NCBI GenBank assembly: GCA_028278955.1
Contig: JAPYOC010000101.1
Location: 1-49,551 of the forward strand
Direction of reading: 5' to 3'
DNA from: Candidatus Poriferisocius aerobius
GTDB lineage: Bacteria > Actinomycetota > Acidimicrobiia > Acidimicrobiales > Bin134
Length of the DNA stretch: 49,551 bases
Below, one piece after another: positions 27,634 through 35,686 of the stretch. A program made the position numbers and the translations under genes. Every line of letters starts with the position of its first letter. Position 1 is the first letter of the stretch. The notes beneath the pieces were generated by a model. It did not search any database. It was not told where the DNA came from and saw nothing but the letters and a program-made list of their open reading frames with translations.

Positions 27634-28328
27634 TGACCTGTCCTCGCCGCCGCCGGCCGACGCTCGAGTTCGCTACCGGCCTGCCGCGACTCGCTGGGCA
27701 TCAGAATCAGCCGCAGCTCGTCCGCTGCCGCAGCCGTGCTGATCAGCACAGCTTCATCTTCAGAGGCCAAAAGCGACACGAAAAGGACATCTCGGCCTGA
27801 GTCCAGCAGCTCGCTCACTTCGGCGACCGTGGCCTTCGGCGACCCGGCCTCGGCGCTCCACTCTGCTCTGCTGCTCTCGTTGGGCCCGTCGTTGCCGAAG
27901 CCGCCGCCGGTAATCACCACTCCGACCTCCTGGCCGGGGCTGAGGCCGGCGATCGGGTATTCGCCAGGATGGAGCACGGTGCCAACCACGGCCATGCCCT
28001 GGTCGATCGGCGAACTCGCTGCTAGCAGATCGGGGTGCAGAACCGCCCCTTCGGGAATGATGGCGCGAGCGGTGCGGCCGACCACGGTTTCCAGATCAGC
28101 CATGGGGATAAAGTCCGCGCCCTGTCCGCTAGCCACTTCAACGGCCCGCAGGTCGTCGATCTGGATCAGCGACCCGGCGCGGATTTCGCGACCGGCGACC
28201 GCCACCGCGGTCCGGTTGCTGAGCGAGGATGCCCAGAGGGAGAAGATGATCGCCGCGGTGAGGGTGACGGTTAGCCCCAGCGCCACCCAGGGAAGCTGAC
28301 GCTGGCGATCCTCGTTTGCCATCGGCAT
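27630..28328 (-). CDS. SAF-domain protein (RcpC/CpaB-like)
   Basis: N-terminal TM, VAVAGREIRAGSLIQIDDLRAVEV and VVGRTARAIIPEGAVL SAF-like repeats; first gene of the tad operon. Confidence 0.82.
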   Translation of the reverse strand: MPMANEDRQRQLPWVALGLTVTLTAAIIFSLWASSLSNRTAVAVAGREIRAGSLIQIDDLRAVEVASGQGADFIPMADLETVVGRTARAIIPEGAVLHPDLLAASSPIDQGMAVVGTVLHPGEYPIAGLSPGQEVGVVITGGGFGNDGPNESSRAEWSAEAGSPKATVAEVSELLDSGRDVLFVSLLASEDEAVLISTAAAADELRLILMPSESRQAGSELERRPAAARTGQ

Positions 28329-28411
28329 GGGTTGGGCCCGAAAGGTTGGAGAGGGAGCCGTTGAAGCTGCTCCGATGGCCTCAATCTTTCACATCTCGAT
28401 GGGCAAATCAA

Positions 28412-28431
28412 GATATATTTCAACTTATATC
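28412..28431. promoter_or_regulatory. AT-rich inverted repeat (operator-like) upstream of the tad operon
   Basis: GATATA-TTTCAACT-TATATC (6-8-6) in the AT-rich gap next to the hpt stop. Confidence 0.35.
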
Positions 28432-28432
28432 A

Positions 28433-28987
28433 TTAATTTCCATTTGGCTCGTATTGGTAGAGGTGGGGAAGTTGGCGGTAGCGCTCGCCAACATCGAGGC
28501 CGTACCCCACTACAAAGTCGGGCGGGATCTCAAAACCCACGTAGCGCAAGTCGAGATCTTCGTATTGGCGGCCTTTGCGGACCAAAAGGGCGCACACCTC
28601 CAGACTGGCTGGATTGCGGGCGGCCAGGTTCTTGCGGAGGTAGTTGAGGGTCAAGCCGCTGTCGATGATGTCTTCCACCAGGATCACGTCGCGCCCGGCC
28701 AGATCGAGGTCGAGGTCTTTGACGATCCGCACCACGCCGCTGGTGCGGGTGGAGCTGCCATAGGACGACACGGCCATGAAGTCGAACTCCACTGGCAACT
28801 CGATGGTCCGGGCCAGGTCGGCCATGAATATGAATGCGCCCTTGAGCACCCCGACCAGCAGTGGGGCCCGGTCCTGGTAGTCGGCGGTGATGCGGGCACC
28901 GAGACTGGCGATGCAGGCCGCCAGCTCCTCGTTGGGGATCAGAATCGGGCCGGGGTCGCCGGTGCCGGCCGCCGCCTCGCTGGACAC
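28433..28987 (-). CDS. hpt: Hypoxanthine phosphoribosyltransferase
   Basis: GVLKGAFIFMADL, VSSYG, ILVEDIIDSGLTL, FVVGYGLD. Confidence 0.98.
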   Translation of the reverse strand: MSSEAAAGTGDPGPILIPNEELAACIASLGARITADYQDRAPLLVGVLKGAFIFMADLARTIELPVEFDFMAVSSYGSSTRTSGVVRIVKDLDLDLAGRDVILVEDIIDSGLTLNYLRKNLAARNPASLEVCALLVRKGRQYEDLDLRYVGFEIPPDFVVGYGLDVGERYRQLPHLYQYEPNGN

Positions 28988-29006
28988 GGGGCCAACCTAG
29001 TTCCGG

Positions 29007-29867
29007 TCATCTTTTTAGGCCGAGCCGTTGGGCCGACCGGGTGATGCGCCACCCGCCGCCAACTTCAGCCGAGCGAGCTTCGTTGCGCGCCACGGCCATG
29101 ACGCGTTCGATAGCCGCGGCGCTGGGCGGATGCTCGGCCCTGGTCTCTCGCTGGATCCACCGACGCAGTGCCGTCTGGGCCAGGGGAGCGGGAGTTTGGG
29201 CGAGCGCTTTAGCATCGGTGGGATCTATGGCGCCCGCCAATTGGTCGAGCAGCTCGCGGATGCCTCCCATCAGACCCGCGCTCCGGGCGATGATCGGCAC
29301 CACGTCGCGATCGGCGATGTCGCACAAGAGCGGCAACAGCTCGTTGCGGATGCGGTTGCGCCGATGGGCGGGGTCGAGATTGGACGGGTCGCGTACCGGT
29401 TCGAGCCCCAGGGTTTCGCACACTGCCCAGCTCTCGTGCCGGCGCAGGGCCAGCAGCGGCCGTCGGGCGGGGGTGATGCCGGCTAGCCCGTCCGGTCCGG
29501 CCCCTCGTATGAGGTTCAACAGCACCGTCTCGGCTTGGTCGTCGGCAGTGTGGCCGGTGAGAACCCCCTCAGGCAGCACTCCATAGCGGGCGGCCCGGGC
29601 CCGTGACTCCAGGTTGGGACCGGGATCGCACGGTGCTGTGCGGGCCTCGAAGTCCGCACCCCAGCGGGTGGCCGTCTCCGCCACCACGTCAGCTTCGGCC
29701 GCTGAGCCTTCCCGCAGTCCGTGGTCCACATGCCAGGCGGTCACCCGGCAGCCTGCTTCGCAGGCCAGCACCAGCAGAGCCAGCGAGTCGGGCCCACCCG
29801 AGACCGCGCAGTTCACCGCAGTGCCGGCCGGTGGATAGGTGCAGCGTTCGAGCAGATGAGAGATCAT
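29007..29867 (-). CDS. tilS: tRNA(Ile)-lysidine synthetase
   Basis: AVSGGPDS PP-loop, HVDHGLR, ARAARY, TGHTADDQAET, DPSN...RNRIR. Confidence 0.96.
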   Translation of the reverse strand: MISHLLERCTYPPAGTAVNCAVSGGPDSLALLVLACEAGCRVTAWHVDHGLREGSAAEADVVAETATRWGADFEARTAPCDPGPNLESRARAARYGVLPEGVLTGHTADDQAETVLLNLIRGAGPDGLAGITPARRPLLALRRHESWAVCETLGLEPVRDPSNLDPAHRRNRIRNELLPLLCDIADRDVVPIIARSAGLMGGIRELLDQLAGAIDPTDAKALAQTPAPLAQTALRRWIQRETRAEHPPSAAAIERVMAVARNEARSAEVGGGWRITRSAQRLGLKR

Positions 29868-29891
29868 CGAACCGGCGCCACCGGCGCCACG

Positions 29892-30980
29892 TCAGTCTTG
29901 CTGGGGGAGCACAGAAACACCGTTGACCCGTTCGATCCACTGTTGCGGATTGCGGATCTCGGCCATGGTGGGCAGCCTCTCAGGCGACTCCCACACCCGG
30001 TTCAGAAGCTCGGGGCCGCCCCGGGCCTCTACCGCCTCGATGAATGCCTCTCCCGCGGCGTATTGATTCAGCTTGGCCTCGATGCCGATCATCCGCTGGA
30101 TCAGCTTGGCCACTCCGCGGGCCGAATCGCGGCGATGGCGCAGCACTCGGGCGAACCGGGAGGCATCGGGGATGCGGCCAGCCCCGGCTCGGTCCATGGT
30201 GACATCGCCGTGACCTTCGAGCAGGCTCATCATGCCGCCGATGCGGTCGAGCACTGCCCGCTGCTCAGGAGTGGCCAGAAGGGCGGGAAGGCCTCCGTCG
30301 GCAAACAGGTCGTCGCCTCTCCGACGAGCCTCAATGGCCTCCCTGGCCACTTGCTTGAAGTGCTCTAAGTCGGGTTCGGCGCTATCGAGCGCTTCTTGCA
30401 CCAGGCCCAAAAAGTGGGGTCGCAGCCACTCGACGCCAGTGAACTGGGCGCGGTGGGTGGTCTCGTGCAAGGCCAGCCACAGCCGGAATTGGAGGGGGTC
30501 GAAACCGTGCTCGTGCTCGAGGGCCATGACGTTGGGGCCCACGTAGTACACCATGTCCTGGTCCTCGGGCCGGTCGTCCTCGATGATGAGCATGTCGTAT
30601 TGGCCCAGCACCCGGGTGGACATCCAGCCCAGCACTGCTCCCACTTCGGCGCCGCCCACTCGCTGGGTCATCGGGGCGAGCCAAGAGTGCGACAATCGCT
30701 GGGCCATCTTGTCGGTCACAGGGAGCAGCAGTCGTTGAAAGGAGGCCACGTTGGCGGCCACCCACCCGGCCCGAGTGGTCACTTGGGCCCGAGCGACCCC
30801 CGACGTCGACTTGAGCCCGGTCTCGGCTGCCACCATCTCCTCGGCTTGGGCGGTGAGTTCGGTCAGTTCCGGGGAGAGGCGGCGATAGTGGTAGGAGTCG
30901 AGGAACGGCTCGTGCCCGCCGATCCTCGTGGCTACCCGCTCAGCCAGCCGCCAATCGACTGGGTCGCCTGTTGCCTCCAC
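29892..30980 (-). CDS. Zinc-dependent metalloprotease (DUF2342 / F420-biosynthesis-associated family)
   Basis: RVLGQYD, WLALHETTHRAQF (HExxH), MSLLEGHGD, KLNQY; usual position upstream of tilS. Confidence 0.9.
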   Translation of the reverse strand: MEATGDPVDWRLAERVATRIGGHEPFLDSYHYRRLSPELTELTAQAEEMVAAETGLKSTSGVARAQVTTRAGWVAANVASFQRLLLPVTDKMAQRLSHSWLAPMTQRVGGAEVGAVLGWMSTRVLGQYDMLIIEDDRPEDQDMVYYVGPNVMALEHEHGFDPLQFRLWLALHETTHRAQFTGVEWLRPHFLGLVQEALDSAEPDLEHFKQVAREAIEARRRGDDLFADGGLPALLATPEQRAVLDRIGGMMSLLEGHGDVTMDRAGAGRIPDASRFARVLRHRRDSARGVAKLIQRMIGIEAKLNQYAAGEAFIEAVEARGGPELLNRVWESPERLPTMAEIRNPQQWIERVNGVSVLPQQD

Positions 30981-30998
30981 CCGGGATTCCCGTCGCCT

Positions 30999-31175
30999 CT
31001 ATTCGGCTTGGCCAGCACTCTGAGATCTGGTTTCCCGCTGATGCCGATTGTTGTAGCGGGGGGCGACCACCTTGGTGAAGTAGCCGACAATGGTGGCGAT
31101 GACCAGTGGAACTGTTCCGATCACCAAAAGCAGGGCGATCCACCAGTGCCACACCACCGCAGCGATCAAATCCAT
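30999..31175 (-). CDS. Small 58-aa single-pass membrane protein
   Basis: Below the track cutoff. Manual translation MDLIAAVVWHWWIALLLVIGTVPLVIATIVGYFTKVVAPRYNNRHQRETRSQSAGQAE*; fills the intergenic gap on the operon strand. Confidence 0.7.
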   Translation of the reverse strand: MDLIAAVVWHWWIALLLVIGTVPLVIATIVGYFTKVVAPRYNNRHQRETRSQSAGQAE

Positions 31176-31245
31176 GGGGTCACCCTAGTGGTCTGCGGGG
31201 CGCGACTCCATGCCGGGCCGGCGGGGCCAGGGTCTTGGCGTTGCC

Positions 31246-31530
31246 TCAGAAGTCCTGGATGTCCAAGTCGTCGAGGGTGACGCGCTGGAAGGTCTCGGTG
31301 ATGCGGATTTGCAGGGAGGCGGGAGCGGATTCCCTGCAGGCTTGGCTCATGGCCATTTTGAACCGCACCTCCACATCGAGGATCTGCACACAGGCCAGGC
31401 AGTTGTCCAGCTCGGCGCGCACGCGGTCGACGTCCTCGACGGTGGGCTGACCGTCCAAGGCCTGGGCGATGAGCTGGCCCGAGAAGTCGCACTGATTGGG
31501 AATCCCTCGGCAACGCTGGTCGCTTCTCAT
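31246..31530 (-). CDS. Anti-sigma factor, RsrA/RshA-like
   Basis: C...LDG...ELDNCLAC...C.ESAPASLQIRI; directly downstream of the ECF sigma gene. Confidence 0.8.
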   Translation of the reverse strand: MRSDQRCRGIPNQCDFSGQLIAQALDGQPTVEDVDRVRAELDNCLACVQILDVEVRFKMAMSQACRESAPASLQIRITETFQRVTLDDLDIQDF

Positions 31531-31547
31531 CGCAGTGCCTCCGAAAA

Positions 31548-32147
31548 TCAGATACCGGCCGGCGCCGGCGCCCGGTCGGGGCTGGGCGGATCCACCCAGC
31601 CCCTCGCCTTGCCGAACTCCAACAACTGCCTTTGCAGCGTTTTTCTTCCCCGATGGAGCCTGCTCATGACCGTGCCTATGGGAACATCGAGGATTGCGGC
31701 GATCTCCTTGTAGGCGAAGCCCTCCGCGTCGGCCAAAAGCACCGCGATCCGGTACTCCTCGGGCAGCGACTCCAAGGCGTCCACGATTTCCGACTCGGTG
31801 ATCGAGTCCATCAGCACCTCCTCGGCGCTGGCGCCCAAGGCCGCCTTGGTGTCACCCCCCAGCCGCTGGTGCAGATAGAGATCCTCCACCCCGGCCAGGT
31901 CCACTGACGTTGGCTTGCGCTGCTTGCTCCGGTAAGAGTTGATGAAGGCATTGGTGAGGATGCGAAACAGCCAGGCCCGCAAGTTGGTGCCCTCCTGGAA
32001 GCTGCCAAAACCCCGGTAGGCCCGAAGATAGGTCTCTTGAACCAGGTCTTCGGCATCGGCGGGATTGCGGGTCATGCGCCGGGCGGCCGAGTAGAGCTGA
32101 TCCATGTACACCATGGCCTGTTCGGCGAATTTGGCTTGGTCAGCCAT
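31548..32147 (-). CDS. ECF sigma factor, SigR/SigH-like
   Basis: [57 protein letters not shown]. Confidence 0.93.
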   Translation of the reverse strand: MADQAKFAEQAMVYMDQLYSAARRMTRNPADAEDLVQETYLRAYRGFGSFQEGTNLRAWLFRILTNAFINSYRSKQRKPTSVDLAGVEDLYLHQRLGGDTKAALGASAEEVLMDSITESEIVDALESLPEEYRIAVLLADAEGFAYKEIAAILDVPIGTVMSRLHRGRKTLQRQLLEFGKARGWVDPPSPDRAPAPAGI

Positions 32148-32216
32148 CTCGTGCCCAGCCTACTGCTGCCACCGGCCCGCGCGACGGCGCCGGGAAAAGG
32201 ATTCGGAAAGCAACCC

Positions 32217-33452
32217 TCAACTCAAACCGCCCACTTGTTCTCGCCACGGGACGTTCTTGTCCGTCCGGGGCTCGGGGGGCAGGCCCAGTACCCGCTCGGC
32301 CATGTTGTTGCGATGCACCTCGTCGGTGCCTCCGCCGATCGACCCCCAGAACCGGTTCAGCGCCTCGTTGGCCCACACCTCTGTGTCGGCGTGGTCGCCA
32401 GCCACTCCGTATCCCCCCAGCATTCCCACCCCCAGGTTGCCCCGGTCCCGACGGCTCTCCGACCAGTACACCTTCAGCACCGACCCGTCGAAGCGGGGTG
32501 GGCGGCCTTGGCGAACGCCTGTTTGCAGCCGACGGCCCATCCAGTCCAGCACCTTCTCTTTGCTGTAGGCCCGGGCCAGCCCTTGGCGAACCACGGGGTG
32601 TCGGGCCGTCCCCCACCGCTGGGCTAAGGCGATGAGCCTGTCAGCGCTGTCGGCCCGGTCCATGCCCCCGCCGATCATGGCGGATTCGTTGGCCAGCACC
32701 AGTCGGGCCACCGCCCATCCGCCGTTCACGTCGCCGAGCACGTTCTCGGCCGGGATTCGCACATCTCGCAAGAAAACCTCGTTGAAGTGGGCCGACCCGT
32801 TGATGGTGCGGATGGGGCGGGGTTCCACGCCAACCGTGGCCATGTCCAGCAGGAAGAACGTGATCCCCTTGTGCTTGGGGGCGCCGGGGTCGGTGCGGGC
32901 CAGCAGTAGCCCCCAATCCGACAGATGGGCCGAGGAGTTCCACACCTTCTGCCCGTTCACCACGAATTCGTCACCGTCTTGTTCAGCCCGCGTTGCCAGG
33001 TTGGCCAGATCCGATCCGGCCCCGGGCTCGCTGAACAGCTGGCACCACACCGCATCGCCCCGCAGCATTGGCTTCAGGTGGCGGGACTTCTGCTCAGCGG
33101 TGCCGAAGCGGCCGACGGCTGGCCCGGCCAAGGCGATGCCGGCGGCCACAAAGCCGCTGGTGACGTCGAACCGCGCCGCCTCCCGCTGGAAGATCTGCTG
33201 TTGCCACCGCTCGCCCCCCCTGCCGCCGTGGTCGCCCGGCCAGTCGATGGCGGCCCAACCGCCGTCGTACAGCTCTCGCTGCCACGCCCGGCAGCGGTCC
33301 ATGTGGGCTTTCTCGGCGGCGGCATCGGAGTGGGTGGTGCGGGTGGACCAGCCGTCGCCGTCTCCCCGCCGCGGGGCTCGGGCCGCCAGCCACGTCCGAG
33401 CCTCCGCTCGGAATGCCGCTTGTTTCGGGGTGTCCTCTGAGTGCTCGTCCAC
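32217..33452 (-). CDS. Acyl-CoA dehydrogenase family protein
   Basis: WCQLFSEPGAGSDLA, VNGQKVWNS, HFNEVFL, SIGGGTDEVHRN...ERVLGLP. Start approximate. Confidence 0.93.
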   Translation of the reverse strand: MDEHSEDTPKQAAFRAEARTWLAARAPRRGDGDGWSTRTTHSDAAAEKAHMDRCRAWQRELYDGGWAAIDWPGDHGGRGGERWQQQIFQREAARFDVTSGFVAAGIALAGPAVGRFGTAEQKSRHLKPMLRGDAVWCQLFSEPGAGSDLANLATRAEQDGDEFVVNGQKVWNSSAHLSDWGLLLARTDPGAPKHKGITFFLLDMATVGVEPRPIRTINGSAHFNEVFLRDVRIPAENVLGDVNGGWAVARLVLANESAMIGGGMDRADSADRLIALAQRWGTARHPVVRQGLARAYSKEKVLDWMGRRLQTGVRQGRPPRFDGSVLKVYWSESRRDRGNLGVGMLGGYGVAGDHADTEVWANEALNRFWGSIGGGTDEVHRNNMAERVLGLPPEPRTDKNVPWREQVGGLS

Positions 33453-33560
33453 AGTGCGGCGATACGGTAGTGCGCCGACAGGCACAGAGGGAAAGCATCA
33501 AGCCGCCGAAGGCACGATTCGCCGAGTTCGGCTTGTCAGTGAAGGCGGAGGGGAGCAGCC

Positions 33561-34346
33561 ATGGCCGATGAGCGCTACGGGGTTCGCGAGGGGGAGGTGG
33601 AGATCGAGCGCAATCGTCTAGAGATGCTGGCTGAGGCCCGCGACCCCCGCACCCGCCGCATTCTAGACGGCACCGGGCTCAGTCCCGGGTGGCGGTGTTG
33701 GGAGGTGGGCGCCGGCGCCGGCACGGTGTCGGCGTGGCTGAGCCGAAGGGTCGGACCCCACGGAACGGTATGGTCCACCGACGCCGACCTTCAATTTCAC
33801 TGCCCGGTGCTGCCCAACGTGGTGGTGGAGCAGCACGACGCGGCCCGCGACCCCACGCCCGCCGCCGCGTTCGACCTCGTCCATGCCCGGGCCGTGCTCC
33901 AGCATCTGCCCGAGCGCGACGAGGTGTTTGAGAAGTTGTGGAACGCCTTGGCGCCCGGCGGCTGGCTGGTGGTAGAGGACGGGGCGTTCGCGTCGTTTGC
34001 CGAGCAGTCGCTGCCCGAGCCTTACGCCACCGTCCATCGCTATGTCTCGACGGGTGCGACCACCGAGTGGCGAGACGCCGACTACGGGGTGCGCGTAGCT
34101 GGTCGCTTCCGGGATTTGGGGGCAGCCGACATCGACATCATCGGCGATGTATGGGCGATGCGGTCGGGCGAGCCGGGAGGTGAATGGTGGTTCATGGCGC
34201 TGGAGCGGGCCATTCCCCAGCTGGTGGAGGCTGGCCTGGTGACCCTCGAAGTCGGCGAGACCGCTCTGGCTCAGGTTCGAGAGCCTGGATTTGTCATGAT
34301 GAGCACCGTCTCAATCGCTGTGTCCGGCCGGAAGAACGCCAAGTAG
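33561..34346 (+). CDS. Class I SAM-dependent methyltransferase
   Basis: CWEVGAGAG motif I, FDLVHARAVLQHL, LAPGGWLVVED; GGAG-rich RBS. Confidence 0.9.
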   Translation: MADERYGVREGEVEIERNRLEMLAEARDPRTRRILDGTGLSPGWRCWEVGAGAGTVSAWLSRRVGPHGTVWSTDADLQFHCPVLPNVVVEQHDAARDPTPAAAFDLVHARAVLQHLPERDEVFEKLWNALAPGGWLVVEDGAFASFAEQSLPEPYATVHRYVSTGATTEWRDADYGVRVAGRFRDLGAADIDIIGDVWAMRSGEPGGEWWFMALERAIPQLVEAGLVTLEVGETALAQVREPGFVMMSTVSIAVSGRKNAK

Positions 34347-34364
34347 GGAGTTGAGGAGGCAGAG

Positions 34365-35600
34365 ATGGAAGCCCTGGAGCTGTGGAATCCCGCGACCTTC
34401 AAGAACGGATTCCCCTACGATTACTTTCGCCACATGCGCGACACCGACCCGGTGTTCTGGTGCGAGCACCCGGTGTGGGGCGGCTTCTGGAATGTCACCC
34501 GCCACGCCGACGTCCAGCGGGTGTCGCGCGACTCAGACTGCTTCAAGAACCAGCCCAATCCGTTCTTGGCCGGCGATCGGGCCCCCTCGGTGGACGACGG
34601 CTCCAACTCGCAATTCCTTATCAGCCTGGACCCTCCCGACCACACCAAGATGCGGAAGCTGCTCAATCGGGGCTTCACCCCGCGTCGGGTGAGGGATTTG
34701 GAAGCCAAGATCCAGGCCCAGGTCGACCGACTTGTCGATCAGGTGTCGCACAAGGCGGGCTGTGAGATGGTCAGCGAGATCGCGGTGGAGCTTCCCTTGC
34801 AGGTGATCGCCGACTTGGTAGGTGTGCCTGAGGAGGACCGCCATCAGGTATTCCACTGGACGGAGACGACGTTCGGGTTCGATGAGAAGTACACCGTTGA
34901 CGAGATGGCGGCGGCCGGGGCGGCGATGTTTGCCTATGCCGACCAGATGTGCGAGATCCGCAAGACCGAGCCCCATGACGACCTCATCAGCGTGCTGATG
35001 GAGGCCGAGATCGACGGGGAGTCGCTCGATCAGATGCAGATTGACGTGTTCTTCATGCTGCTCCAAAATGCCGGTTCGGAGACCACCCGCAACCTGATCA
35101 CCACGGGGACCTTGGAGCTGATCCGCAACCCCGACCAGATGCAGATGCTCAAGGACGACCCGGCGTTGATCCCCAGCGCCGTGGAGGAGCTGTTGCGCTA
35201 CACCACCCCGGTCATGCAGTTTGTGCGCCGTCCCATCTGTGACACCGTGGTGGGCGGCCAAAAGATCAAGGCCGGCCAGCCGGTGGTGATCTGGTACTCC
35301 TCGGCCAACCGAGACGAGCGGGCCTTCGGCGACCCCGATGTTCTCGACATCGCCCGCGACGCCAGCGCGCATGTGGCCTTTGGCGCGGGCGGTCCCCACT
35401 TCTGTCTAGGGGCGTCACTGGCCCGCCTCGAGGCCAAGATGATGTTCGAGGCCGTAGCCAGGCGTTTCGAGGGACTGGAGCTGGGGGTGGATGATCCCCG
35501 CGATCTGCCCCGCCTGCACTCCAGCCTCATTGACGGCTACGCCGAGTTGCCTCTGCGCTGGGAGGCAGTCAAACCCGGGGCCCAGGGGGTTGCCCAGTAG
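34365..35600 (+). CDS. Cytochrome P450 (CYP124/125-like)
   Basis: LDPPDHTKMR, I-helix AGSETT, EELLR, heme motif FGAGGPHFCLG. Confidence 0.95.
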   Translation: MEALELWNPATFKNGFPYDYFRHMRDTDPVFWCEHPVWGGFWNVTRHADVQRVSRDSDCFKNQPNPFLAGDRAPSVDDGSNSQFLISLDPPDHTKMRKLLNRGFTPRRVRDLEAKIQAQVDRLVDQVSHKAGCEMVSEIAVELPLQVIADLVGVPEEDRHQVFHWTETTFGFDEKYTVDEMAAAGAAMFAYADQMCEIRKTEPHDDLISVLMEAEIDGESLDQMQIDVFFMLLQNAGSETTRNLITTGTLELIRNPDQMQMLKDDPALIPSAVEELLRYTTPVMQFVRRPICDTVVGGQKIKAGQPVVIWYSSANRDERAFGDPDVLDIARDASAHVAFGAGGPHFCLGASLARLEAKMMFEAVARRFEGLELGVDDPRDLPRLHSSLIDGYAELPLRWEAVKPGAQGVAQ

Positions 35601-35621
35601 GCCGCACCTATAACACCTAAT

Positions 35622-35678
35622 CTAATATCAGGATAATATTAGGATAACTTGACAGTAGGAGAGATGTCCTCTTAGCGT
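35622..35678 (+). promoter_or_regulatory. Promoter with an overlapping operator-like repeat for the iron-binding protein gene
   Basis: TTGACA at 35649-35654, 18-nt spacer, TAGCGT at 35673-35678, ATG 8 nt later. Upstream inverted repeat CTAATAT-N7-ATATTAG, plus a DtxR/IdeR-like TTAGGATAAC overlapping the -35 region. Confidence 0.6.
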
Positions 35679-35686
35679 GCTGGGCC

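Noticed and set aside
19051-28328. Tad block as an active ICE or prophage
   Set aside because: No integrase, relaxase, VirB4/VirD4 or FtsK/TraB-like gene, phage gene or att repeat was visible, and base composition resembles the backbone.
32148-32260. SigR/SigH-type autoregulatory promoter (GGAA-N18-GTT) upstream of the sigma gene
   Set aside because: No correctly spaced match was found; only a TAGGCT -10-like hexamer near the start codon.
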